Assembly: GCA_963796285.1 (NCBI GenBank)
Contig: CAWCKW010000013.1
Location: 352,001-416,000 of the forward strand
Direction of reading: 5' to 3'
Length of the DNA stretch: 64,000 nt
Source of the DNA: Nitrospirota bacterium
GTDB taxonomy: Bacteria > Nitrospirota > UBA9217
The notes beneath the pieces are model-generated. The model did no database searches and was not told the DNA's origin. It saw only the letters and a program-made list of their open reading frames with translations. Below are positions 32,694 to 41,234 of this stretch, one piece after another; within the stretch, counting starts at the first letter, position 1; each line of letters opens with the position of its first letter. Made by a program: the position numbers and the translations under genes.

Positions 32694-33347
32694 TTAGCCG
32701 AGGACGGCCGTCACCTTGTTGAAGATGTCATTGATGCTTCCCACGCCCATGACGGTCTTCATGATATTTTTCTTGGAATAGTAATCGATGAGCGGCGCGG
32801 TCTGCTGGGAGTACACCTCAAGCCGCTTTTTGATGGTCGCTTCCTTGTCGTCATCGCGCTGGAAAAGAGCGCCGCCGCACTTGTCGCAAATGCCTTCTTT
32901 TTTCGGGGCCGAGAAATAGATATTGTACATCTGCCCGCAGCTTTTGCAGGTCCTGCGGCCGGTGAGGCGCTTCAGCAGGTCGTTCATATCAACATCAATA
33001 TTGAGAGCAACGGTAAGGGGCATACCCATGCCGGCGAGGATCTTGTCGAGGGCCTCGGCCTGGGCCGTGTTGCGCGGGAACCCGTCGAGGATGAAGCCGG
33101 TCTTGCAGTCCGGTTGCTTGATGCGCTCTTCAACGAGACCGAGCACGATCTTGTCGGACACGAGCCCGCCCGAGTCCATGATCACCTTGGCCTCTTTGCC
33201 CAGCGGCGTACCGTCTGCCACGGCCTTGCGGAGGATATCACCCGTGGAGATCTGCGGGATCTTGTACTTTTCGATCAGCATCTTCGCCTGCGTACCTTTA
33301 CCAGCACCGGGAGCACCGAGCAGCACAACTCTCTTAGCCATTGACAT
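32694..33347 (-). CDS. adk: Adenylate kinase (Zn-LID)
   Basis: GAPGAGKGTQ, STGD, LDGFPR and CKSC...CDKC. Confidence 0.97.
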   Translation of the reverse strand: MSMAKRVVLLGAPGAGKGTQAKMLIEKYKIPQISTGDILRKAVADGTPLGKEAKVIMDSGGLVSDKIVLGLVEERIKQPDCKTGFILDGFPRNTAQAEALDKILAGMGMPLTVALNIDVDMNDLLKRLTGRRTCKSCGQMYNIYFSAPKKEGICDKCGGALFQRDDDKEATIKKRLEVYSQQTAPLIDYYSKKNIMKTVMGVGSINDIFNKVTAVLG

Positions 33348-33498
33348 GAATCCTCCGTGAATAGATAAAGATTAAAGATTTTGCTTCCTGAGAAAAGAAA
33401 GAAGGCAAAAAAAACCTCGCGACATTTTAACCGGCATATAATGGTTGAAAACGAGTTCTTTTTCAAGTTAATAATTATAATTTCAATATTAGTTTTGT

Positions 33499-34110
33499 TT
33501 ATAAAAGGGGTTGCGTATGCAGAAAATTGGCTAGTTTTTCAAGAGCTTTACCCCTGTGACTGAGCTTGTCCTTCTCTTCTCCGGACATTTCAGCAAACGT
33601 CTTTTCGTAGCTGTCGGTTATGAATACCGGATCATAGCCGAACCCCGTTTTTCCCTTAGGTTCCATGCCGATACGACCTTTTGCGTAACCTAAAAAAGTT
33701 TTAACCATACCATCCGGAAATGCCAACGCCATGCAGCAGACGAATTGCGCTCCTCTTTTTTCGTCGGGTACTTTTTTGAGTTCGGCCAGAAGCTTTTCGT
33801 AATTTCTAACGTCGTTCCCGCCGGTCCCGCCTGCATACCGGGCAGAGAACACCCCGGGTGCCCCACCGAGGGCATCGACTTCAAGGCCTGAGTCATCAGC
33901 CAAGGCAGGTTTGCCCGTGCAGCCACAGACCTCGACAGCTTTTTTTACCGCATTGCCCTCGAAGGTGTCCTTGTCCTCAACCGTTTCAGGGCAGTTCGGG
34001 AAATTCTCGAGCGAGAGAATAGTTATCGGCAGATCAATGGTGATCCGCCTGATCTCTTCGATTTTCTTTTTATTTCGAGTGGCGAGTACTATTTCCATAT
34101 GTTGCTTCAT
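33499..34110 (-). CDS. rdgB: Non-canonical purine NTP pyrophosphatase
   Basis: ATRNKKK, ADDSGL, GFGYDP and SHR; start is 34110 or 34098. Confidence 0.95.
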   Translation of the reverse strand: MKQHMEIVLATRNKKKIEEIRRITIDLPITILSLENFPNCPETVEDKDTFEGNAVKKAVEVCGCTGKPALADDSGLEVDALGGAPGVFSARYAGGTGGNDVRNYEKLLAELKKVPDEKRGAQFVCCMALAFPDGMVKTFLGYAKGRIGMEPKGKTGFGYDPVFITDSYEKTFAEMSGEEKDKLSHRGKALEKLANFLHTQPLL

Positions 34111-34146
34111 CCTCTCCCCTCGCGGAGAGGGATGGGCGAGGGGGAC
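34111..34146. repeat. CCCTC..CCCTCTCC..GAGGGGAGAGG miniature repeat
   Basis: Same family as 46883-46918. Confidence 0.65.
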
Positions 34147-34222
34147 TTCTCCTGGCTCCCGCATTCGGGAAGTCGTTACACTATCATAAACAGCAAGGCT
34201 TTGCAAGAAGGCGGATTACGGA

Positions 34223-34585
34223 TGTCAAGCCAAAATAGAAATGTCCTGTTTTTTAAGAAGCAGCGATAGGCTGTTCCCGTCTTCTTCTCTTGATAGAAAG
34301 ATCTTCTTCCAAGGATGATCGGCTGGAGGAATCCATTGCTTTTCCTCGTGCAGCAGGAGCGGTGCTAACGATGTGTCCCTGGCCGACTTCTTTGTGATTT
34401 CCTGGAAGCGCAGGTCCTGTCCGTCGCAGGTTATGTGCAAGGTCCCGTCGAGCCGTTCTTCGACAATGACTTTCTTCGCCCGTGTCGCCTGTTCGATCTG
34501 ATAGAGAGTATTGTTATGGGCGATGGTAAAGTCGTTCTTGACCGTGCGCTCCTCTTTGATGCAGAGAATGCGATCGAGCTCTCTG
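34223..34585 (-). mobile_element. ISNCY/IS1202-like transposase 3' remnant with right IR
   Basis: RELDRILCIKEERTVKNDFTI...EERLDG...PPADHPW...QDISILA*; terminus TGTCAAGCCAAAATAGAAATGTCC. Confidence 0.8.
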
Positions 34586-34699
34586 CTGAAAAAGCCATCG
34601 TTGTTACTGAGGACGCTTTATTCTTTTCATAATCCGTAATTTGGAGGTAAAGTAACGCAGGAAACTACATCCCTCATCTACCCACTCCTTGACTCGATC

Positions 34700-35323
34700 T
34701 CACTTGATATCGCTCATCACGCCGGCCGATGCGGTCGGTTCGATGCTGCAGCTCAAATTCATGATATAAAGAGGAATCGCCAAGGCTACAAGCAGAACGC
34801 CCTGTCCCATGATGAGAGCGTTGACGCCTGCAAGGGTGATGAGATAAAAGGAGGTGATCAGGGTACCGATGATGCTTCCGAATGTGGAAAGGGCATAGAG
34901 CGTTCCAATCGTCTTGCCCGAAGTATGCATGCTGCATATCATGAGCTTTGCCGTATAGGGGCTCACGATGCCGAGAAAAACAGACGGGACAAAGAAAAGG
35001 ATAATCGAGGCAAGCAAAGGACTCACCCTTACTCCGAGATCCATCGCAAAGATCCAGTCGGATACTGGCGTACTGTACAAGGGAAAGGTTACGAAGAGTA
35101 TTCCGGCAGTTATTATCATGACGGAAAGCTTCCTCGATGAAGGGTTAATATCAGATATTCGTCCGCCCAGATAATACCCAGCCGATAGCCCCGAAAGAAA
35201 TACGCTTATCAGGCTTCCCCAGACAAATACAGAACTGCCGAAGTTCGGTGCAAGGACCCGGCTGCCCAGAATTTCAAATGACATGACTATCGCACCGCAA
35301 ATGAACACAGCGAATTTTATCAT
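34700..35323 (-). CDS. Membrane domain of fused MFS/spermidine-synthase family (standalone)
   Basis: MSFEILGSR.LAP.FGSSVFVWG...GYYLGG and GTLYALSTFGSI.G. Confidence 0.85.
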   Translation of the reverse strand: MIKFAVFICGAIVMSFEILGSRVLAPNFGSSVFVWGSLISVFLSGLSAGYYLGGRISDINPSSRKLSVMIITAGILFVTFPLYSTPVSDWIFAMDLGVRVSPLLASIILFFVPSVFLGIVSPYTAKLMICSMHTSGKTIGTLYALSTFGSIIGTLITSFYLITLAGVNALIMGQGVLLVALAIPLYIMNLSCSIEPTASAGVMSDIK

Positions 35324-35335
35324 ACAGTTACCTCC

Positions 35336-36256
35336 TCATGGTGCCCCTGACTTCTGATACTGGTAGAGATTCACCGGAGCAAAATCATCAGTGAGGATCT
35401 TGGCACCTCCCCATTCATATTCTTTAGACGGCTCATACCGTGAAGCAAAATCTTCGAGGTCGATATCGAATTTTCTGGCAGACTGAATTTTGCGGGCGCT
35501 TGCCTTTACGCTGGCCTTGTCTTTGATTTTACTGCCTGTTGTTGCAACGAAAATAAAGTTGTTCGACTTCTTCCCCTTGAAAATGGCGAGATGGGGGAAG
35601 GCCTTCTTGTAGGTCATGACCATAGAATCGAAAAACTTGTTCCTGTATGGTGAGGTGATATTAGCGGCTACTACACCGTTTTCTTTCAGCCTGCTTTTCA
35701 CCTCGTTGAGAAACTCAAGCGTTGTGAGATGAAAGGGAATGGAGTCATTCTGATAGGCATCGAGTACGATCCAATCGTATCTCTTCTTTGTCCTTTTGAC
35801 GAAGAGCCTTCCGTCTTCGACATGCACTTTCATCCTCTCGTTCTCTTTGAAATAAAAATACTTTTGGGCGACGTCCACCATGTCGGGGTCGATCTCGGCG
35901 ATATCGATAACGGCATCCGGATAGCGCACGGTGAAATACTTGGGCATGGCTCCGGCACCAAGACCGACAAAGAGAACGTCATTCGGGTCTCTGTCCAGGA
36001 AGGCCAGAGAGACAAAAAGCAGCTGTGTAAACTCAAATCGGAGTTTGTCCGGCGCATCTAAGTAAATGCCTCCCTGAGTAAATACTCTTTTCTGGTTGCG
36101 GACATACCGCTCCTTTTTTACCGTATCCTCTATTACCTGGATATACTGATAGAGAGAATTCTTTTCAAAGATCAGTTTCTCTGACGGTTCCAGCGCGAAA
36201 CCCTTCACAGGGATCAGCATCAGGCAAAAAGCCGCTAAATATATTTTCTGCAGCAT
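35336..36256 (-). CDS. Spermidine-synthase-like SAM-dependent domain with signal peptide
   Basis: SLYQYI, GLGAG, EIDP, DGR, LDAY and LTDDFAP; N-terminal signal peptide. Confidence 0.85.
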   Translation of the reverse strand: MLQKIYLAAFCLMLIPVKGFALEPSEKLIFEKNSLYQYIQVIEDTVKKERYVRNQKRVFTQGGIYLDAPDKLRFEFTQLLFVSLAFLDRDPNDVLFVGLGAGAMPKYFTVRYPDAVIDIAEIDPDMVDVAQKYFYFKENERMKVHVEDGRLFVKRTKKRYDWIVLDAYQNDSIPFHLTTLEFLNEVKSRLKENGVVAANITSPYRNKFFDSMVMTYKKAFPHLAIFKGKKSNNFIFVATTGSKIKDKASVKASARKIQSARKFDIDLEDFASRYEPSKEYEWGGAKILTDDFAPVNLYQYQKSGAP

Positions 36257-36322
36257 AGTCCTCCCGGATCAGAAAAGATTCACATTCAAAAACGGAAAGT
36301 AGCCGGTTCTTCGGTAGAGGCG

Positions 36323-36781
36323 CTAACAGGATGGCGGTGAAAGTCCGGAATATCGAGAGTAGAAGCCGGCATGAGTAGATCGAGAATGGTCCCGAATTTT
36401 TGCAATGACCGACTGCTGCGATGATTGCATGATAACTGCTTCGGGGATTGCAATATGTTTCAGCTGTGTCTTATTCTCACTGCCAGTTAGCCTTGAGGTG
36501 GAATTCGAATCTTCCGCCAGAAAATGCAGATGGTGATCATCAGGGGAACTACGGCTATCCGCATAATGTTCATCATGCCTGATAGCGGGGATGCAAAAAT
36601 AATCATGCTCTGAAGAATACGCGGATCCGTCAAAGCAGACCACCTTGGGTTCGCTTTCAGCGTGACTATGCGAATATGGGAAAATAGCGATGATAATAAA
36701 ATAGAGGATGAAAAATAGTCGGCATTGCTTCATGTCTTCTATGTTTATTCTATGTTTATTGTTTATTCTAACAGGACGCAT
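36323..36781 (-). CDS. His-rich exported small protein ending SGLSPPSC
   Basis: Hydrophobic N-terminal segment, HSH/HDEH/HHLH clusters and a C-terminal SPP; the start may be an internal Met. Confidence 0.6.
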   Translation of the reverse strand: MRPVRINNKHRINIEDMKQCRLFFILYFIIIAIFPYSHSHAESEPKVVCFDGSAYSSEHDYFCIPAIRHDEHYADSRSSPDDHHLHFLAEDSNSTSRLTGSENKTQLKHIAIPEAVIMQSSQQSVIAKIRDHSRSTHAGFYSRYSGLSPPSC

Positions 36782-36987
36782 AATTTACTGTACCAGTTTC
36801 TGCGAAAATCATCCATCAAATAAATCTTGGACTCGTCGCGGTCTTCCGGTATCATGAAATTAATGGACGTGCTGATGGAAACCAAGACGACCCAGGGCAA
36901 GAAAGGATTATCCTTGGAAGATATCGGGAATAGCGTTGGGAATTGTGCTTCCGGCGCTGTTTTTTTGCTACACGCTCGGCAGCCTTG

Positions 36988-38856
36988 CTACAGAACTCCT
37001 ATAGCCTGTTTCGCTGCCCTTCTGCCTTCCTCGACTGCTGCTACCCAGTGTTGGTGCCCGTTGAGCTCGGCATGGGCAAAGGCGATGCGCCCAAAGGGTT
37101 TGCGGATAACATCTCGGGGTGCGATCGCTCCTTTTTTGCCAAAGTAGAAGCCTGGCTGCGGGTTTACGTACGCATAGGTCCACCGATTCAGAATAATGCC
37201 GGCGACGTCTTTTTCCGCATCAAATCCTGCCTCTGAGAAGAGCTGTTTCATCTGCCCAACTATCTGAGACTCGAATTCAGCATAGCTCGTCCCCAAGAGC
37301 TTATTCCTGCCTTTTTCCCCTTGTTCCTCAATAGGCAGGCCCGGTTGATGAAAGGAGATGTAAAAGGTGAGCACCGTGGGTTTGTCAGGATGAAGCGGAG
37401 GCCGATAATTACCAACATACATGGGTTTACGGATATTACAGCCGAAGCCGATACCGCTGGACCACTTGCAGGCAGTAAAGCCCAATCGGTAAAGAAAACG
37501 CCAGTTGGTAAGTGCGACGTTTGCTACCAGTATGGGAGAGACATGGAACTCGCTATAGGCTTCGGCATGGCTGACAGGCAGGTCTGATACAACTTTCCGG
37601 GACAGGCGGCTGCCGCATGCCATTACTACACTGCGGGCTTTGAGGCGGTACAGCTTTCCATCACGCAGATAAATGACAGTTACGTTCTTCCCCTTCAGAG
37701 AGCCGTCTTCTTGCTCGACACGGACGACAGAAGAGCCAAGCCGTAAGCGCACCTTGTTCCCCTCGCGATCCAGAGCGGGGAAGCGCACGCCTCCGTTGTG
37801 TATATCTGCAAAGCTCTTGCCTCCTTCAATGGCATCTGGGATCAAGGCTTTAATGAAATAGCGGGAGAATCCGTCGTTGCCGCCCGGAAATGAATGCCAA
37901 TGAGTATTTATCAGTGTACGATGGCCCTCGAACTCAGGGAAGCCAGGCAGTGCAACCTGACTGGCTGCATAGGCGCTGATGACATCACAGCCAAGCCCTA
38001 CTACACTGGCAAGCACGGGATCGGCATAGCGCGTTATTTCCGGATCAAGCTTCAGGATCTTTTCCAGATAATCCTTGAAGGTCATGGAATCGAGCCAGCG
38101 GCCGTAGTCATGACCGTCATACTGGCGCTCTGTTATATTCCGCCAGCGAAGGAAATCTTTTCGAACCTTCTCTGAATACGGTGTTCCAGCGAGCCTGTTC
38201 TCCCAGAAACCTGCCACCCACTTGTTGGAAGTGTCCTGTCCCTGACCGGCATAATAATGACCAATGCTCTTTGAATCGAACCAGATCCGGTAACCGAAGT
38301 TTGTGGAATCAAAGTCCAGGGGCTTCAATTGGGATGGCAACTCACCATATTCGAACTCAGTTGGTATACCCAGCTCACTGTAAATATCATATCCTCGGAG
38401 GCCGGGGCGGTCTAAAATGCCAAAGGAATTTGAGGCCTGAGGCCCGATGAGACGCTGCCCTTGTACGGTAAACTCGTTTCTCTTCGCCGCTCCACCGAAG
38501 ATCGGATGATTTTCGAGGATAAGGCATTTCGTCTTCTTTGAAGTGGACTTATTAAACTCATACGCCGCCCCCAGGCCGCTCAGCCCCCCGCCGACGATGA
38601 CGAGATCGTATGATTCGCCGGTATCGATGATCTCCCGGCTTATAAATTTATAGTCACCGTTTTGTATAGCCTGGAATGCACTGATTACGTCATAAGTGTT
38701 CCCATTCGAGGAAGCATAATCGCCTATGCCACCGAAGCCGTAAGTCGGTTGAGATTGCGCAAACAGTTTCAGCGGAGCCGGCAACTCAAGCAGGAATGCC
38801 CCCGCACCAAGAAGCACGCCGTTTAGGAAGTCTCTTCGCGTAATATGCATAGTCAT
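36988..38856 (-). CDS. Tat-exported FAD oxidoreductase, spermidine dehydrogenase (SpdH)-like
   Basis: TRRDFL Tat motif, VGGGLSG, LENHPIFGG.AKRNEF, FPGGN, NRW and GRIAFA. Confidence 0.85.
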   Translation of the reverse strand: MTMHITRRDFLNGVLLGAGAFLLELPAPLKLFAQSQPTYGFGGIGDYASSNGNTYDVISAFQAIQNGDYKFISREIIDTGESYDLVIVGGGLSGLGAAYEFNKSTSKKTKCLILENHPIFGGAAKRNEFTVQGQRLIGPQASNSFGILDRPGLRGYDIYSELGIPTEFEYGELPSQLKPLDFDSTNFGYRIWFDSKSIGHYYAGQGQDTSNKWVAGFWENRLAGTPYSEKVRKDFLRWRNITERQYDGHDYGRWLDSMTFKDYLEKILKLDPEITRYADPVLASVVGLGCDVISAYAASQVALPGFPEFEGHRTLINTHWHSFPGGNDGFSRYFIKALIPDAIEGGKSFADIHNGGVRFPALDREGNKVRLRLGSSVVRVEQEDGSLKGKNVTVIYLRDGKLYRLKARSVVMACGSRLSRKVVSDLPVSHAEAYSEFHVSPILVANVALTNWRFLYRLGFTACKWSSGIGFGCNIRKPMYVGNYRPPLHPDKPTVLTFYISFHQPGLPIEEQGEKGRNKLLGTSYAEFESQIVGQMKQLFSEAGFDAEKDVAGIILNRWTYAYVNPQPGFYFGKKGAIAPRDVIRKPFGRIAFAHAELNGHQHWVAAVEEGRRAAKQAIGVL

Positions 38857-39265
38857 GATATCTCTTATTTTTATTATACAGGATGTTGACCCATGAAAAG
38901 GAGAAAATAGAATTTTTCTATTAATAAGTTGTTCAGTAAGTCTAACCAAAAACGCAAAATGCGTGCATAGTGAGGCCGCTACTGTTCAGCGGACGGCATT
39001 GAAATATATTATCACGAATATATGCCTGACGCAGGGAGATGTCAACGATTTCGAATGGGTATGCGGATTACGGAACAGAATCGAGAACCGCTAAGAATGG
39101 AATTACCAAACGCAATGGGCGCAAGGGGCGTATGAGGCCAGAAGAAAGTAAGGATTGATCTACGTCCTTGATCGGCCGCAGTTTGTTTGATCCAATCATG
39201 CCGCTTCAAATCAACCCAAGACCATCGTCGTTCAGTGACTTTGAAGCCGGTTTGCATGGCTGTTT

Positions 39266-40474
39266 TCACTTCACCTCACTCTTCTTAAAGCTCCGATACA
39301 ACAGCAGGTCATAGGCGATCTTGAGCCCGCCTGCCACGAGGAAGGGGGCGCTGAGGAGTGACGGATAGGCGAGAAAGACCCCGCTCAGAGCCGGCGAGAT
39401 CGCAGCTCCTACCGAGCGTGCAATGGCCGTGATGCCTGAAGCAGCAGAACGCTCATCGGGCGCCACAACGGCCATGGTGTATGACTGACGCGTGGGCACG
39501 TCCATCTGGGAGATGCTGAACCGGAGCAGCAGAACCGTAATGGCGAGAGGAAGGTTCGGCATGAGCGGCACGAAGCAGAGCAGGATATTCGAGGGAATAT
39601 GAGTGAAGACCATCGTGTTGATCAGCCCGATGCGGGAAGCTATTTTCACTGCGAGCAAAGCTGATACACCAGCGAGGATGTTCGCGCCAAAGAAGATGCT
39701 TCCCAATATCCCGGCGTCTATGCCGAACCGGATATGGAACCAGTAGGCCACCATGCTCTGGATCACGAACCCGCCTGCAAAGGCATCCAGGGCGAAGAGG
39801 GCACTCAGCTTCATCACCACGCCCTTCGATTTATGGAGTCCAAGCACATGATCCCTGGCTGGAACCGTTGCTCCTGTTTCCACGCCGGAAGAGAGGAACA
39901 GGAAGAAGAGGAAAAGAACGATCCCGCATGCTGCATACCCAAGGATCACGGCCTTATATGACGCAAGTTCTGAGAACCCGGCGTGACTCAGGCCCTGGGA
40001 CAGGAACCCGCCTGTAAGAGCTCCGCATGCGGTCGCGAGCGAGCCCGCGAGGTTGTACCACGCAAAGGCCTTGGTGCGCTGTTCAGAGGGAAGAAGCTGC
40101 GAAAGGGCTGCCTGCTCCAGCGAGAGGAACGGCCCGATCTCGTTCCCGCTCGGGCTTATGACCCCGATGATTGCCGCGGTCATGAGCAGCACGGGATCTC
40201 CGGTCAAACTGAAGACCACGCCGGCAAGGATCATGAGCCCCGCGCCAAGAAGCAGCATCTTTTTTCTGCCGATCCGGTCGGCCGTGGTAGTGATCCAGAG
40301 CGAGATCCCCGCGTCGCCCGCGAGAGTGAGCGTAAAGAGCAGCCCGATCTGCGCCCCGGTCAGGCCTGCTTCGTGAAGATACAGGGCAAGAACCACCGAG
40401 AGCGCGCCATAGGCAAAAAGGCGCACGCTTCTGGCGCTGAACAGGAGTGCAACGTCAAGCCGCGTATGCGCCAT
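39266..40474 (-). CDS. MFS transporter
   Basis: About 12 TM segments, ADRIGRK motif A and SQMDVPTRQSY. Confidence 0.92.
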   Translation of the reverse strand: MAHTRLDVALLFSARSVRLFAYGALSVVLALYLHEAGLTGAQIGLLFTLTLAGDAGISLWITTTADRIGRKKMLLLGAGLMILAGVVFSLTGDPVLLMTAAIIGVISPSGNEIGPFLSLEQAALSQLLPSEQRTKAFAWYNLAGSLATACGALTGGFLSQGLSHAGFSELASYKAVILGYAACGIVLFLFFLFLSSGVETGATVPARDHVLGLHKSKGVVMKLSALFALDAFAGGFVIQSMVAYWFHIRFGIDAGILGSIFFGANILAGVSALLAVKIASRIGLINTMVFTHIPSNILLCFVPLMPNLPLAITVLLLRFSISQMDVPTRQSYTMAVVAPDERSAASGITAIARSVGAAISPALSGVFLAYPSLLSAPFLVAGGLKIAYDLLLYRSFKKSEVK

Positions 40475-40919
40475 GAGGCTTTCCTTGTGCGATCATCTCT
40501 GAGCAGTAGGCATAGAGCGCATCGTACACGATCCATTCCGCGGCATTGATCGCGTGGTCGTCTTTGAGTCCCAGATGCCGGAACCCTTCTGCGATCGCGT
40601 TCAGGCCCGGCCCCTCAGGCTGATGATGAAGGCTGTTGTCCGTGTCCGCGCCGTTCACGATCCTGGCGAGCAGCACAAGCGCGGGATCTTTTGCAAGGCC
40701 GTATTTTTTCACGATCGCGTCAAATGAACATTCCTTGCCGTGATGTCCGAGTTCCGCGCCCGGCACGTCATACGGAATGGCACCAAGCCGTGCCGCCTCG
40801 GATTGAACCTTCTCTGCAGGAACAAAGAAAAATTCCGCGTCCTTGTCAACGAACTTCTTTATAAGCCAGGGACAGGCTACACGATCTACTTTTACTTTTT
40901 CACGGGTTATCCATTTCAT
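40455..40919 (-). CDS. Chromate resistance protein ChrB C-terminal-domain family
   Basis: MKWITRE..KVDRVACPWLI..FVD and CSFDA. Confidence 0.88.
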   Translation of the reverse strand: MKWITREKVKVDRVACPWLIKKFVDKDAEFFFVPAEKVQSEAARLGAIPYDVPGAELGHHGKECSFDAIVKKYGLAKDPALVLLARIVNGADTDNSLHHQPEGPGLNAIAEGFRHLGLKDDHAINAAEWIVYDALYAYCSEMIAQGKPHGAYAA

Positions 40920-41234
40920 GATTAATTCCTTATTTGACGGCAGTCGACAGCTACGTTAACCCGCCTCCACTGCTCATGATGGTACAGTAGAAAAATTTTG
41001 GCAGTGCATAACCACAGAGACACGGCGGCACGTTAACAGCAAGGGGGAAATATAAAGATCGAAAGACCAGCTGTGCTTCAATTCATCCGAAAAAACCAGC
41101 GATTATTTAAAGCTCGCCTCTTCATAAACCTTTTTAAAACCATTATTGGTGCCCTGTGCCTCCAAATCGTATAAAGCTATTTCTACTGAACCACAAAAGA
41201 ACGCAAATGAGCAAACCTTCACTGGCGCCCCTGT

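Noticed and set aside
38940-38990. GTTAGAC upstream of the SpdH-like gene as an attC end
   Set aside because: No matching RYYYAAC box or hairpin.
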